From contig CAVPQB010000004.1 of assembly GCA_963707505.1 (NCBI GenBank), positions 1,280,001-1,344,000 of the forward strand: a stretch of 64,000 nt of DNA. Reading direction: 5' to 3'. The notes beneath the pieces are model-generated. The model was not told the DNA's origin. It was given only the letters and a program-made list of their open reading frames with translations, and made no database searches. Source of the stretch: an uncultured Gemmatimonadales bacterium (GTDB lineage: Bacteria; Gemmatimonadota; Gemmatimonadetes; Gemmatimonadales; Gemmatimonadaceae). The stretch's first letter is position 1; every line of letters begins with the position of its first letter. This document shows positions 12,157-21,652 of the stretch, in pieces. The position numbers and the translations under genes are program-made.

Positions 12157-13131
12157 CTAGCCCCCCGTTTGCGAGAGGGCGCGAAGGCCGCCCGTGCGCA
12201 GCTGGAGCAGCGCGTGCTCGCGCGGCTTCTCATCCAGCGCGCGCGCTACCAGTGCCTCCAACGGAATTCCCGCGCGGAGCGGGGTTCGGAGGTCGACCTC
12301 GTGATCGCCGAAAAGACAGGTCCGGAGCCTGCCGTCGGCGGTCAGCCGCACGCGGTTGCACGAAGCACAGTAGGTGTGCGAGATAGGTGTTATAACACCT
12401 ATCGTCCCCAGCGCGCCGGGTGCGCGATAGTAACGCGCGGGCCCATTGCCCAATGCCGGACCGATGTCCGGAAGAAGGCCCCCGAGCGCGTCATCGGTGG
12501 CGGCGAGTACTTCGTCGGATGGCACGACGTGCTCGAATTCCGAGGCACTCATGTCGCCCACCGGCATAAGCTCGATGAAGCGCACGTGCACCGGAAGATC
12601 GAGTGTAAGTCGCGCGAGCGATCCGATCTCGTCGTCGTTGACGCCGCGCACGACAACTGTGTTGACCTTCACGGGGTCAAAGCCCGCGTCGACGGCGGCG
12701 TGCAGGACGCGGACGGGATCGAACTTGAGATCCCGCCGCGCGATCGCCGCGATGCGGTCGGGGCGCAAGGAGTCAACGCTGATGTTGACACGCGTGACGC
12801 CGGCTGCGCGAAGCTCTGTGGCCATCGCCTCGAGGCGCACGCCGTTGGTCGAGAGAGCAATGTCAGTGACACCGTCGACGCTCGCGATGCGCGACACGAT
12901 GTCGCAAACGTCTCGGCGCAGTGTCGGCTCTCCGCCCGTGATCCGGATGCGGCGAAGGCCGAGTGGCGCGAGCTGCGACACGACTTCGTGTATTTCCGAT
13001 GCGGAGAGAATGTCGTCGCGCGGAATCCAGTCGAGTCCTCGCTCCGGCATGCAGTACACGCACCGGAAGTTGCACCTGTCGGTAACGGAGATGCGGAGAT
13101 ACTCGATGCTGCGTCCGAATTGATCGATCAT
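12157..13131 (-). CDS. moaA: GTP 3',8-cyclase
   Basis: LRISVTDRCNFRCVYCMP, CASCNRVRLTADG..RTCL, C-terminal GG. Confidence 0.96.
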   Translation of the reverse strand: MIDQFGRSIEYLRISVTDRCNFRCVYCMPERGLDWIPRDDILSASEIHEVVSQLAPLGLRRIRITGGEPTLRRDVCDIVSRIASVDGVTDIALSTNGVRLEAMATELRAAGVTRVNISVDSLRPDRIAAIARRDLKFDPVRVLHAAVDAGFDPVKVNTVVVRGVNDDEIGSLARLTLDLPVHVRFIELMPVGDMSASEFEHVVPSDEVLAATDDALGGLLPDIGPALGNGPARYYRAPGALGTIGVITPISHTYCASCNRVRLTADGRLRTCLFGDHEVDLRTPLRAGIPLEALVARALDEKPREHALLQLRTGGLRALSQTGG

Positions 13132-13592
13132 GCGTGAGCATCCTCCTTGTGCGGCGGTTGCGCGTGCGCGTCAGGTGCGCATGCATTCACCCATTCGGAT
13201 GATCCGTCGGCGTAACGCTCTCGCTTCCAGATCGGCACGCGCTTCTTGATCTCCTCGATGACGTATCTGCAGGCGTCGAAGGCGGGACCACGGTGCGCGT
13301 GAGCTGCTGCGATCATCACGCATACGTCGCCGACCGCAAGATCGCCGACGCGATGGACCGCGACGATTCGCGCGCCTGGTGCAATCGCGATTGCCTCGCG
13401 AACTATCGCCTGCATCTCCCGCTCCGCCATCCCCGCATACGTGGAATATTCGAGTCCGGTGACGCTGCGCGAATTGGAGCTGTCGCGAACCGTGCCAAGG
13501 AACGTCGCAACCGCGCCCATATGCGGATCCCGCACCTCATCGGTGATGGCCGCGACGTCGATCGGGGCCGCGACTATGCCTGACCTGCTCAT
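13128..13592 (-). CDS. moaE: Molybdopterin synthase catalytic subunit
   Basis: GAVATFLGTVR, HRVGDL, HR..AF..CRYVIEEIKKRVPIWKRE. Confidence 0.95.
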   Translation of the reverse strand: MSRSGIVAAPIDVAAITDEVRDPHMGAVATFLGTVRDSSNSRSVTGLEYSTYAGMAEREMQAIVREAIAIAPGARIVAVHRVGDLAVGDVCVMIAAAHAHRGPAFDACRYVIEEIKKRVPIWKRERYADGSSEWVNACAPDAHAQPPHKEDAHA

Positions 13593-13825
13593 CCGCCGGC
13601 TACCGGAGGGATCACTGCGATTTCGTCGCCGGGAGCGATTGCGACGTCGTCGGTCGCGTACTCCTCGTTCACAGCGATGATCGGCCGCGGCGGGAGCTTT
13701 GGCGAGAGGGCGGCTATGGCTGCGCGAACAGCGCCGACCGTGGCCGGATCTGGCACAACGACGGTGGTTCGGTCGGAGCCCAGCGCATCGGCGTAGGCAG
13801 CGAAGACGCGTACCGTGACGTTCAT
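13589..13825 (-). CDS. moaD: Molybdopterin synthase sulfur carrier
   Basis: Starts MNVTVRVFA; AVNEEY; ends GDEIAVIPPVAGG. Confidence 0.93.
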   Translation of the reverse strand: MNVTVRVFAAYADALGSDRTTVVVPDPATVGAVRAAIAALSPKLPPRPIIAVNEEYATDDVAIAPGDEIAVIPPVAGG

Positions 13826-13841
13826 CGGTACGCCGGGCGCA

Positions 13842-14162
13842 TCAGGCCTCCGAGAGCTCTGAGATGTCGATGTCCGCGATGAGCGCCCGCAGCTCCTTGG
13901 ACGGCTTGAACACCGGGACGGGCCGCGCGGCCACCTCCACAGGAGATCCGGTGCGCGGATTCCTGGCCATGCGCGTCTTGCGCTGGCGGATCTTGAAGGT
14001 GCCGAAGCCACGCACTTCTATGTTCTGTTGCTCGCGGAGTGCGTCTTTTATCGCGTCGAGGAATGTGTCGACGACGCGAGCGCAGTCTTTCTTCGAGATC
14101 GTGGGGCCGGCGGTCTGCGCAATCTGCGCGGTTACCAGCTCGACGAGGTCTGCCTTTGTCAT
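13842..14162 (-). CDS. HU/IHF-family DNA-binding protein
   Basis: MTKADLV, IEVRGFGTF, ARNPRTG, PVFKPSKELR. Confidence 0.95.
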   Translation of the reverse strand: MTKADLVELVTAQIAQTAGPTISKKDCARVVDTFLDAIKDALREQQNIEVRGFGTFKIRQRKTRMARNPRTGSPVEVAARPVPVFKPSKELRALIADIDISELSEA

Positions 14163-14289
14163 CCCAACACCCCAATGGAATTGGCTAAGTCGTTGGAATG
14201 TATGGGTTTACTACACGGCGCGCAAGCGGTGGATCAAGGGCCCCTCTCCTCCGGGAGGCCCATTCCAACTTCTACGCCGTGTGGGAGGG

Positions 14290-14946
14290 TCAGAGCTTCT
14301 CGAGAACCTTGCGTGCGACCATTTTCTCCTTCTCCACGAACGCCTTCGCGACAGTGGAATCGGTCATGAGTGCCATCATGTCGGTTGGGACAATCTGAAC
14401 CATCACCGCATAGTCGCCCTTGCGAGCCGTGAGCATCATCATGGTCATCACTGCTTCCTCGCCGATTCCGTCGACCGGCCCGTTCGAGGCTCCGGGCACG
14501 GTGGGCATCCCCGCGGTGATTTTTCCACCGAGCTTCGTCCCGCCGAGCAGCGCCCGCTGCGCTGCAGCGTGCTCGACTGGGTTCGAGTAATCGTCGGGAG
14601 CGATCCAGTTGATGTTGAGTGACATGCCCGCGGGATCCGACTTGGTGAAATAATGACAGTTCGACTCGCTCGAGTGTCCGTCGTCGTTCGACTCGGTGTC
14701 GGTATACGACGCGCCGGTGATCGCGTTCATGTCCTCTTTGGACATGAGCGTGCACGCAGCCACCCGCCGATCACCGGCGCGCGGCGCGTCGTGGCTTGCC
14801 GCGCTCCTTCCGCTCTGCGCATCTGCCTGGTCCGTCCTGCCGCCGCACGCGACGGCAAGTAGGCCGGAACTTGCGAGGACGACGAGGCTCGCGATGCACG
14901 GGAGTTTACGTCGGTTGTCGTGGGATGAACATTCGTGTTCCTGCAT
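14290..14946 (-). CDS. Hypothetical lipoprotein
   Basis: Lipobox-like LLAVACGG; ACTLMS..D...ITG and C.Y, VDGIGEEA pattern; start uncertain. Confidence 0.7.
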   Translation of the reverse strand: MQEHECSSHDNRRKLPCIASLVVLASSGLLAVACGGRTDQADAQSGRSAASHDAPRAGDRRVAACTLMSKEDMNAITGASYTDTESNDDGHSSESNCHYFTKSDPAGMSLNINWIAPDDYSNPVEHAAAQRALLGGTKLGGKITAGMPTVPGASNGPVDGIGEEAVMTMMMLTARKGDYAVMVQIVPTDMMALMTDSTVAKAFVEKEKMVARKVLEKL

Positions 14947-15040
14947 GAGAGCGTCTCCGAAGTGATGGCGTTGATGGGGTCGGGCGGTCGGCGCAATCGC
15001 CGGCGCGAATGTCAAAGGGGCCGTACTGGATGGTGATGAA

Positions 15041-16177
15041 TCATTCTCGGGTGAGCTCGACACGCCGGTTGCGCGCGCGGCCAGCCAGTGTGGCATTGGT
15101 CTCCCGTGGTACGGACGCGCCGTATCCGCCGGTAGTCAGGCGGGCCGCGGAAACTCCGCGCTGGACTAGAGCGTCCTTTACCGCAGCGGCGCGACGTGCT
15201 GAGAGGTCCTGATTCTTCGCATCGCCGCCGACGTTGTCGGTGTGGCCTTCTACTTTGAGCTTCCAGTCCGGGTGCTGCTTCATCACCTCGACGATCTCGC
15301 GCAGCACACTCTCCGATTCCGGCTTGATGACGGCACTGTTGAAGTCGAAGTAGATCCCATAGAGGACAGCCCGGCGGTCCTTTGCCAGGGAGCGCTCCAA
15401 CTCTCTTGCCGCGCCGGGTACCGGATACGCGATGCGCACGACTTCGAGTTTGTCTGTACCCATGGCGTAGCGTAGCGACAGCGGATTTGCGGGGTCATCG
15501 AGAATGTACCAATCGATGTCGGCAGGTTGGTCACCCTTCGGGAGATGACCCTTGAGATGCCATGCTTGCAGCACGGTCCGGACATTATTCACGATCACTG
15601 GAAACGCGACGGGCTTCGGCTCCGCCAATGCAAGGCTCCCGGACGCGTTGGTTCCCATCCCGAGCGTGCGATCGGCGCTGGAGCTTGTCATCATACTCAG
15701 AACGCCGCTTACGAGGCCGCCAATACCGGGAGCCTCGCCATCTATGTGCACGTCCGCACGGCCCGTCGTGCGCACATCGTTGAGCACGCTCGTGGATGCG
15801 CCAAGCGCTGTCGTGCCCGGGTATTCGTTGTCACCGTCGCTCGAGAACATGTACTTGTACGTGCGTGCTCCAGTCAGATCGACTGCGCGAACAGCACGCG
15901 CGATCCTTATCGACCTTGTGGTCTTATCCACTGGATTGGGACTTTCGCCCGTGATTGTCATCCGCATGGCGCCATCCGGAGCCAGTGCATCTATTGTCTT
16001 CAGTGTCTCGTAATCGCCGACGACGGGCGAGCTGACGGCGGTTGATATGGTAAGCCCGACTACGAGTGGAATTCTTGGCGACCCGGTCTGCGCCTGCAGG
16101 GAGAAAACGGGCAGCGATAACAGCGCCAGTGCAAGTGCGCTCTCAGGGAGGCGCACCGCACAAGATTTACGGTTCAC
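15041..16177 (-). CDS. OmpA-family peptidoglycan-binding protein with an unknown N-terminal domain
   Basis: C-terminal IYFDFNSA, VEGHTD, LSARRA, GYG, NRRVEL; signal peptide. Confidence 0.9.
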   Translation of the reverse strand: MNRKSCAVRLPESALALALLSLPVFSLQAQTGSPRIPLVVGLTISTAVSSPVVGDYETLKTIDALAPDGAMRMTITGESPNPVDKTTRSIRIARAVRAVDLTGARTYKYMFSSDGDNEYPGTTALGASTSVLNDVRTTGRADVHIDGEAPGIGGLVSGVLSMMTSSSADRTLGMGTNASGSLALAEPKPVAFPVIVNNVRTVLQAWHLKGHLPKGDQPADIDWYILDDPANPLSLRYAMGTDKLEVVRIAYPVPGAARELERSLAKDRRAVLYGIYFDFNSAVIKPESESVLREIVEVMKQHPDWKLKVEGHTDNVGGDAKNQDLSARRAAAVKDALVQRGVSAARLTTGGYGASVPRETNATLAGRARNRRVELTRE

Positions 16178-17669
16178 AATTGGCTCCTTCGGGGACCGAC
16201 TTGTTCACGGTTTTGTCAAACAGCGGTGCCTTGACCTCGCCGAGGCTGATGCCGAAAGCGGAGAACATCGCGCCGGCCTTGCCCGAGACAATGATTTCAT
16301 GCTTGTTGCAGTGTCTCGTACCCAGCTCGCCCGGCGTGATACTCGCGGCGGACGTCACGATATCCACGTAGCCCACGGCTTCGGTCCCGATCGCGCCGAT
16401 ACCGAGCTCGATCTTCGGGAACTGAATTGCCGCCGTGAAGCCCTGTACGCCCGCGCCGAATATGCTCGACTCGTCGTTCACCTGGGGATCCGCGTTCACC
16501 GTTCCAGTCGCGGTAACGTTCCCGGTAGTCATCGCGAATCCCTCCGATCCGTTGAACGTGGCCTTGAAGCTGCCTTCGGCCACCGCCTGTTTGCTCGTGA
16601 AAGCTGGTGCGATTTGAAACGCAGTCTTGATCCCGATTGAAAACGGAATGCCACCGATTATCAGCGGCACGCGAAACGCGGCCGGTATGCGGAGGATGAA
16701 CGCATCGGCCACACCGGTGCCAAGCGCCGTGCGCGCAGCCCAAGTGAAGTTCATCTCTCCGTTCAACGCCTTGTTGGAGAAGTCCGCAGTCGTGAGCGAT
16801 CCGCCACTTATCTCGATGTCTCCGCCGTTCGCAAAGTTCCGCAGGTATCCTGTTCCCGTGAGCTTGAGTTCGAGGGAGGGAACTTTCTCGGTCACCTCGA
16901 CGACGACATTGATGCGATCATCGCTGGGCGTGAACGCGAGCGAGTAGCCATAGTCACCGATCGTGCCGGTTGCGGCAGTCGCCGCTGGCGTTGCGGCGTT
17001 CAGCGACGGCACGAGAAAATTCCCGATGTCATCGAGCAAGACCGAACGGATGCGCGTTGGCGCGAACGACACTTTCGGGGACGAGCTTACAGCAGTCTCG
17101 CCGCGTGTCGACATCGCTCCGTGCGAGAACGTCACCTGGTGATCCCATTTTATGCTGCCCTCGCTGATCGCGTCGGTCAGCGCGGCGGCCCTGGTGTCCA
17201 CACTAAGGAGCGACCCGCTGCGCCTGACGGCTGTTACCTTGCGCAACGCGTACGTCTGAAGCAGCATGATGCTGCCCTCATGCAGCGCGTCGAGTGAAGC
17301 GGCGGGGCCATCGAACGTGTATGTGGCGCCATCGTCGCTCACTTCCCGAAGCGTATTCTCGACGGTGGTGCGATCGACGACTACCGTTGCGGGCGTGTAG
17401 GTCACGCGCACAGTCGCGCCCTCGACCGTATCTCCGCGCGCGGGCAGCACGGGTGCATGCGACGTCCGTCCGTCGTTCGCAGAGACGCTCGATGCAGTTG
17501 AGAAAGCGGTGGATCTACCGCTCGATTCGCTCACAGCCGCTGGTGGATCGGCACTCGCCCGCTTACACCCCGTCGCCACGACGAGTGCGATCGCGACGGC
17601 GACACTTGCCGCGGCACTTGCAGCGCCACTTGTCGCGCGAGTCATCTGGCGACTCCGAGCGGTGTTCAT
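16167..17669 (-). CDS. Hypothetical beta-rich secreted lipoprotein (~500 aa)
   Basis: Probable start ATG 17669 (ATGA overlap with the upstream stop); signal ending ALVVATGC; the first ~380 aa of the listed 881-aa ORF shadow the upstream gene. Confidence 0.75.
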   Translation of the reverse strand: MNTARSRQMTRATSGAASAAASVAVAIALVVATGCKRASADPPAAVSESSGRSTAFSTASSVSANDGRTSHAPVLPARGDTVEGATVRVTYTPATVVVDRTTVENTLREVSDDGATYTFDGPAASLDALHEGSIMLLQTYALRKVTAVRRSGSLLSVDTRAAALTDAISEGSIKWDHQVTFSHGAMSTRGETAVSSSPKVSFAPTRIRSVLLDDIGNFLVPSLNAATPAATAATGTIGDYGYSLAFTPSDDRINVVVEVTEKVPSLELKLTGTGYLRNFANGGDIEISGGSLTTADFSNKALNGEMNFTWAARTALGTGVADAFILRIPAAFRVPLIIGGIPFSIGIKTAFQIAPAFTSKQAVAEGSFKATFNGSEGFAMTTGNVTATGTVNADPQVNDESSIFGAGVQGFTAAIQFPKIELGIGAIGTEAVGYVDIVTSAASITPGELGTRHCNKHEIIVSGKAGAMFSAFGISLGEVKAPLFDKTVNKSVPEGANCEP

Positions 17670-18679
17670 TCGCGCGGCCGACCGAAGATTCCGCGAATCA
17701 CACCTTTTGCCTTGACCTTCGCCTGATCCTTCGCCTCTTCTGTCGCTCCTTCTTTCACGCCCTGCTTTGCGCTGTCTCCCATCTGGCCGATAAGGTTGCC
17801 CTTGCCGCCTTTGCCCTTGAGTGAATCGAGCGCCGATGCAGCCGCCCCCATACCAGCCATGATATCCATTTTGGTGTATCCCGGCGGCACCTCGAAGACA
17901 CTCGGGCTTATCGCTCCCGTCTTTATGTTCAGAAGCTCCATTGTCGAAGTGCTGGTCGAGCCGTGATCCCCCGTCGTCACAGTCTGTGTCACTGTTTTGA
18001 TGGGCACACCCGCACCGATCCTGGAGTATGCGGCTGCCATCTTGTCGGCAAAGGCCGAAGTTCCGGCGGCGGGTTGCGCACCACGTGCCATCGGATTGAA
18101 TAGACCAGCAAGCTTGGGTGCGATCCACATGTCGGTCGTTGCATGTTCCGTCGTGCGACTCGTCCGTCCCATTACCGACGTCGTCATCGTGTAGCCTGTT
18201 GTCATGCGATATTTCATCGTCGCGTAGCCCTGGATCACTTCTCCAGGCCCAAGTTGCTGAACGTCCGCGGATACGTCTGTCATTTCCGATTTCACCATAC
18301 CGCCGAGCGCCCCCTGAGCAGCGGCCGCAAACCTGGCCATGGAGTCTGGATTGATCTCCATGTAGCTCTTCTTCTCGGGATCTACGATCAACTCCGTACG
18401 CGAATCCCTGCGCACGATGATGTATGTTCCCTTCCCCATCATGCCGCCCGGCATCATCGTCTGATCGATGTCCATCCGTGAGTTGCCTCCGGAGAACTGT
18501 CCGTGCGCCGTCATCAGCGTCTGCGCAGGCGATGCATGTCCTCCACCGTCTCTTGCCGCCGTCATCCGCATGTCGTAAGTGAGCCCCTGAGCCTGCGCGG
18601 AGCGGCTCCCTCCGGCTACGGCGATGAGCGCGGCGACAGTGAAGACGACGCGCGTTCGTCCTGTGTGCATTTCGTACAT
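17666..18679 (-). CDS. Secreted DUF4412-like protein
   Basis: Signal peptide; SRMD..., VDPEKKSYME, GEVIQGY.T..Y, DMWIAP, GVPIK, SVFEVPPGY; GGAG 8 nt before ATG 18679. Confidence 0.7.
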   Translation of the reverse strand: MYEMHTGRTRVVFTVAALIAVAGGSRSAQAQGLTYDMRMTAARDGGGHASPAQTLMTAHGQFSGGNSRMDIDQTMMPGGMMGKGTYIIVRRDSRTELIVDPEKKSYMEINPDSMARFAAAAQGALGGMVKSEMTDVSADVQQLGPGEVIQGYATMKYRMTTGYTMTTSVMGRTSRTTEHATTDMWIAPKLAGLFNPMARGAQPAAGTSAFADKMAAAYSRIGAGVPIKTVTQTVTTGDHGSTSTSTMELLNIKTGAISPSVFEVPPGYTKMDIMAGMGAAASALDSLKGKGGKGNLIGQMGDSAKQGVKEGATEEAKDQAKVKAKGVIRGIFGRPRE

Positions 18680-18763
18680 TGTCATTACTCCGTTCCAACA
18701 GGGTTCTGGGCCATTTGCCATGTAATCCGCCGGCCAGTAGATTCACCCAAGATCGCGACCGCT

Positions 18764-18807
18764 CGTTACCGCCCTGAGCCATCGCCGTTATCGTGTCCGG
18801 TAACGGC
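18764..18807. promoter_or_regulatory. Candidate operator repeats in the divergent promoter
   Basis: CGTTACCG (18764), CGTTATCG (18786) and inverted CGGTAACG (18798); the last two form GCCGTTATCG-N4-CGGTAACGGC. Confidence 0.45.
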
Positions 18808-18858
18808 TTCACTGGCTACGATCCGGTGGTATCGGCGCCACGCCGCGCAGGGGTTCCT

Positions 18859-21513
18859 ATGCGATTGCGGACTCTCGGCCGCTTCGAGCTCGTGGACGAC
18901 GAACCGTTCGCCCCGCGTGCGCTAGCTTCGCAACCGAAGCGCCTCGCATTGCTCGCGTACCTTGCGTTGGCCACACCACGCGGCCCTCATCGCCGCGACA
19001 CACTCCTCGCGCTGTTCTGGCCGGAGCTGGACGAAGACCACAGCCGCCTCGCGCTGCGCCAGGCCCTTCACGCGCTCCGCAAGTCGCTCGGCGATACCAC
19101 GCTCCACTCACTCGCTGACGATCGCGTCACGCTCACCGATGCCTGTGAATGGTGCGATGCAGTGGCGTTCGGGCGAGCGATGACAGAGAATCGTGACGCT
19201 GACGCTGTCGCCCTGTACGCGGGGCCATTCTTCGACGGTATTTTCATCGCTGATGCGTCGGCGGAATTCGAGCAGTGGGTCGGGGTTAATCGTGTACGCC
19301 TCCGTGAAAGCGCTCGCGCCGCCGCGACCCGGCTCGCTCTCGCGACGCGTGCCAACGGCGATGCGGCAGGGGCGCTGCGCTGGGCTGAACGCGCGTGGGC
19401 GATCGCACCTGAAGATGAAGCGGGAGTGCGCTTCCTGATGGATGCGCTCGGCCGGATCGGCGACCGCACGCGCGCGCTACGCATCTATGAACTATTCTCG
19501 AGACGGCTCGAAACCGAGCTCGATGCAGAGCCGGACGACGAAACAGTCGAGCTCGCGGCGACGCTTCGGTTCGCACCAGCAGTCGCGTTGATCGCCGACC
19601 TGCAATCGTCCGACGACCGCGCGCCTTCTGACGGTCCAGATGCGTCCGCACAATCGAATGTTCAGCCAGAATCCGAGCCCGAAACGAACGGATCCTCAGC
19701 GAACCATTCCTCGGGCCTGTCGCAACTCGTGTCTTCAAATACTCCCGCTCTGGTTGCGGCCAGCGGAGTAATCCCAATCCGTCAATTCGGATCTCTCAAT
19801 GCATGGGTGCGCACCGCAGTACTCGCGGCCGCGATCGTCGCTGCTGCCGTGCTCCCCCGTCTGTCGATGCCGGCACTCAGAGCATTCGCTCACCTTCGCG
19901 CCGCGCCGTCTGGTGCGAGCGTCGGATCTGACGTGCTGAGAACGCGTTCGGCTGTCGCGCGGAGCTTGTATGAAGAGGGCGTGCATGCGTACTCTGCGAA
20001 CGAGCCCGTAACGGCCGAGCAGCTTTTCAACGCGGCAATCGCAACCGACAGTACACTCGCGATTGCCGCATACTTTGCAGCACGCACAAACATGCGTGAT
20101 GACCATCCCACCAACCTGGAGCGTGCTGACGGATTCTTTCGGCTCGCCATCAGGCAGTCATCGAACGTCCCCGATCGCGAGAGACTTCTCATCGCGGAGG
20201 CGTCTGCCGATTTTGGAAACGATCCTGCGCGGCTCGCACTGGCGGAGACGCTTGCGGTCCGGTATCCGCGCGACGCGGTCGGACAGTTTCGAGTCGGATA
20301 TGACCGGATGTGGGCCGGCGCATTCCTGTCTGCGATTGTGCCGTTCCGCGCGGCGTTTGCCATGGACTCAGCCAACCTGACCGACAGTCGTTCGGACTGT
20401 GTGGCGTGCGACGTTCTCAGAAATGAAATCGTGGCTTACCGTATGGCAGACTCACTTGGGGCCGCGGAGCGCGTCGCGCGGGAATGGGTCCGGGACGCAC
20501 CAATGCTGCCGGCGGGATGGCGCGAGCTTGCGGTGGTCCTCGCAGTCGAAGGACGCTACAAGGAAGCCAAAGGCGCGTACGGGGAATCGGCGGATCGCAG
20601 TCGTAACGGTGCCGGCCTCACGCGCGACATGGCAGATCTCGCGATTCGAGCCGGAGATTTCGACGGCGCTGACAGGTTACTCGCCGGCAGCCTCGCCGGG
20701 GGGAGCGCCCAGCAGCGCCAGCAAGCCATATGGCTGTCCGTGGTGAGCCTGCGTAGCCAGGGAAAGTTGCGCGATGCACTGGAAGCTGCGCGAGCGTTAC
20801 GGGTCGGCGAACGACGATCGGGTGTTGGCGTGAACGTTCAATTGTACGACGCACTCCCCGAAGCGCAGGTTCTGCTCGAAATGGGGCGCGCGCGCGACGC
20901 GACTGTTCTCTTCGATTCCATCGGACACGAAGGTGTACGTGCACTTCGTCCTGGACTCGATGCGCGGCATGCTGCGTGGACAGCAACACTCACAGCGGAA
21001 GCGGTTGCCGAGTCGGGCGACACGACGGCACTGCCGCACCTGATCGAACTGGTGAGGCGCGCTGGCGCAATCAGTGCATACGGACGCGATCAACTACTGG
21101 TGCATCACGTTCGTGCACTTCTACTCACATCGAAAGGTGATCTCCCGGGTGCGGTGATCGAATTCCGGCGAGCAATATTCTCCAGGACACTCGGTTACAC
21201 GCGCACCAACTACGACCTGGCGCGGGTGTTGACACGGCTCGGCCGCCCGACTGAAGCGATCGCAGTTTTGCAGCCCGCTTTCCGCGGTGAGCTCGATGGC
21301 TCGAATATGTACGTCACGCGTACGGACCTGCACGAGGCGCTGGCGCGGGCGTTCGATCTGGCCGGTATGCGCGACAGTGCGATTGTGCACTATGAAGCAG
21401 CCATATCGGCATGGAGAGCGGCGGACGGCAGTATCCGTCCGCGACGCGACAGCGCCGCTTCACGCGTGGCGGCTCTTGGTGCTCTGGCAGCAACGCGTAC
21501 AACAAGGCGCTGA
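18859..21513 (+). CDS. SARP/BTAD-domain transcriptional regulator with a TM segment and TPR-like C-terminal region
   Basis: LRTLG, QPKRLALLAYLA, RRDTLLALFWPE, LRQALH.LR, LYAGPFFDG, FEQW, LDAEP; hydrophobic stretch mid-protein; helical repeats. Confidence 0.88.
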   Translation: MRLRTLGRFELVDDEPFAPRALASQPKRLALLAYLALATPRGPHRRDTLLALFWPELDEDHSRLALRQALHALRKSLGDTTLHSLADDRVTLTDACEWCDAVAFGRAMTENRDADAVALYAGPFFDGIFIADASAEFEQWVGVNRVRLRESARAAATRLALATRANGDAAGALRWAERAWAIAPEDEAGVRFLMDALGRIGDRTRALRIYELFSRRLETELDAEPDDETVELAATLRFAPAVALIADLQSSDDRAPSDGPDASAQSNVQPESEPETNGSSANHSSGLSQLVSSNTPALVAASGVIPIRQFGSLNAWVRTAVLAAAIVAAAVLPRLSMPALRAFAHLRAAPSGASVGSDVLRTRSAVARSLYEEGVHAYSANEPVTAEQLFNAAIATDSTLAIAAYFAARTNMRDDHPTNLERADGFFRLAIRQSSNVPDRERLLIAEASADFGNDPARLALAETLAVRYPRDAVGQFRVGYDRMWAGAFLSAIVPFRAAFAMDSANLTDSRSDCVACDVLRNEIVAYRMADSLGAAERVAREWVRDAPMLPAGWRELAVVLAVEGRYKEAKGAYGESADRSRNGAGLTRDMADLAIRAGDFDGADRLLAGSLAGGSAQQRQQAIWLSVVSLRSQGKLRDALEAARALRVGERRSGVGVNVQLYDALPEAQVLLEMGRARDATVLFDSIGHEGVRALRPGLDARHAAWTATLTAEAVAESGDTTALPHLIELVRRAGAISAYGRDQLLVHHVRALLLTSKGDLPGAVIEFRRAIFSRTLGYTRTNYDLARVLTRLGRPTEAIAVLQPAFRGELDGSNMYVTRTDLHEALARAFDLAGMRDSAIVHYEAAISAWRAADGSIRPRRDSAASRVAALGALAATRTTRR

Positions 21514-21652
21514 TCGCCGCGTCTTCCAATTCTCGGGGTTTCGCGCGGCCGACAGGCCTGGGCTGAGTGACATCCACAAACCCGATGCGCATCCGATTCC
21601 GATCGCGCGTAAATGGGCTACGCGGGGATGAATCTGCGCCCTGCGCGGGCGT

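Noticed and set aside
14192..14269. 9-bp inverted repeat GTTGGAATG / CATTCCAAC near the accessory block edge as a mobile-element end
   Set aside because: No matching repeat near carA (21514-21652), and no transposase or integrase; more likely a promoter or terminator feature of the HU gene region
16167..18812. 881-aa ORF as one giant protein
   Set aside because: The first ~380 aa are low-complexity Arg/Gly/Asp text overlapping the DUF4412-like gene in another frame; a signal peptide and ATGA overlap mark the probable start at 17669
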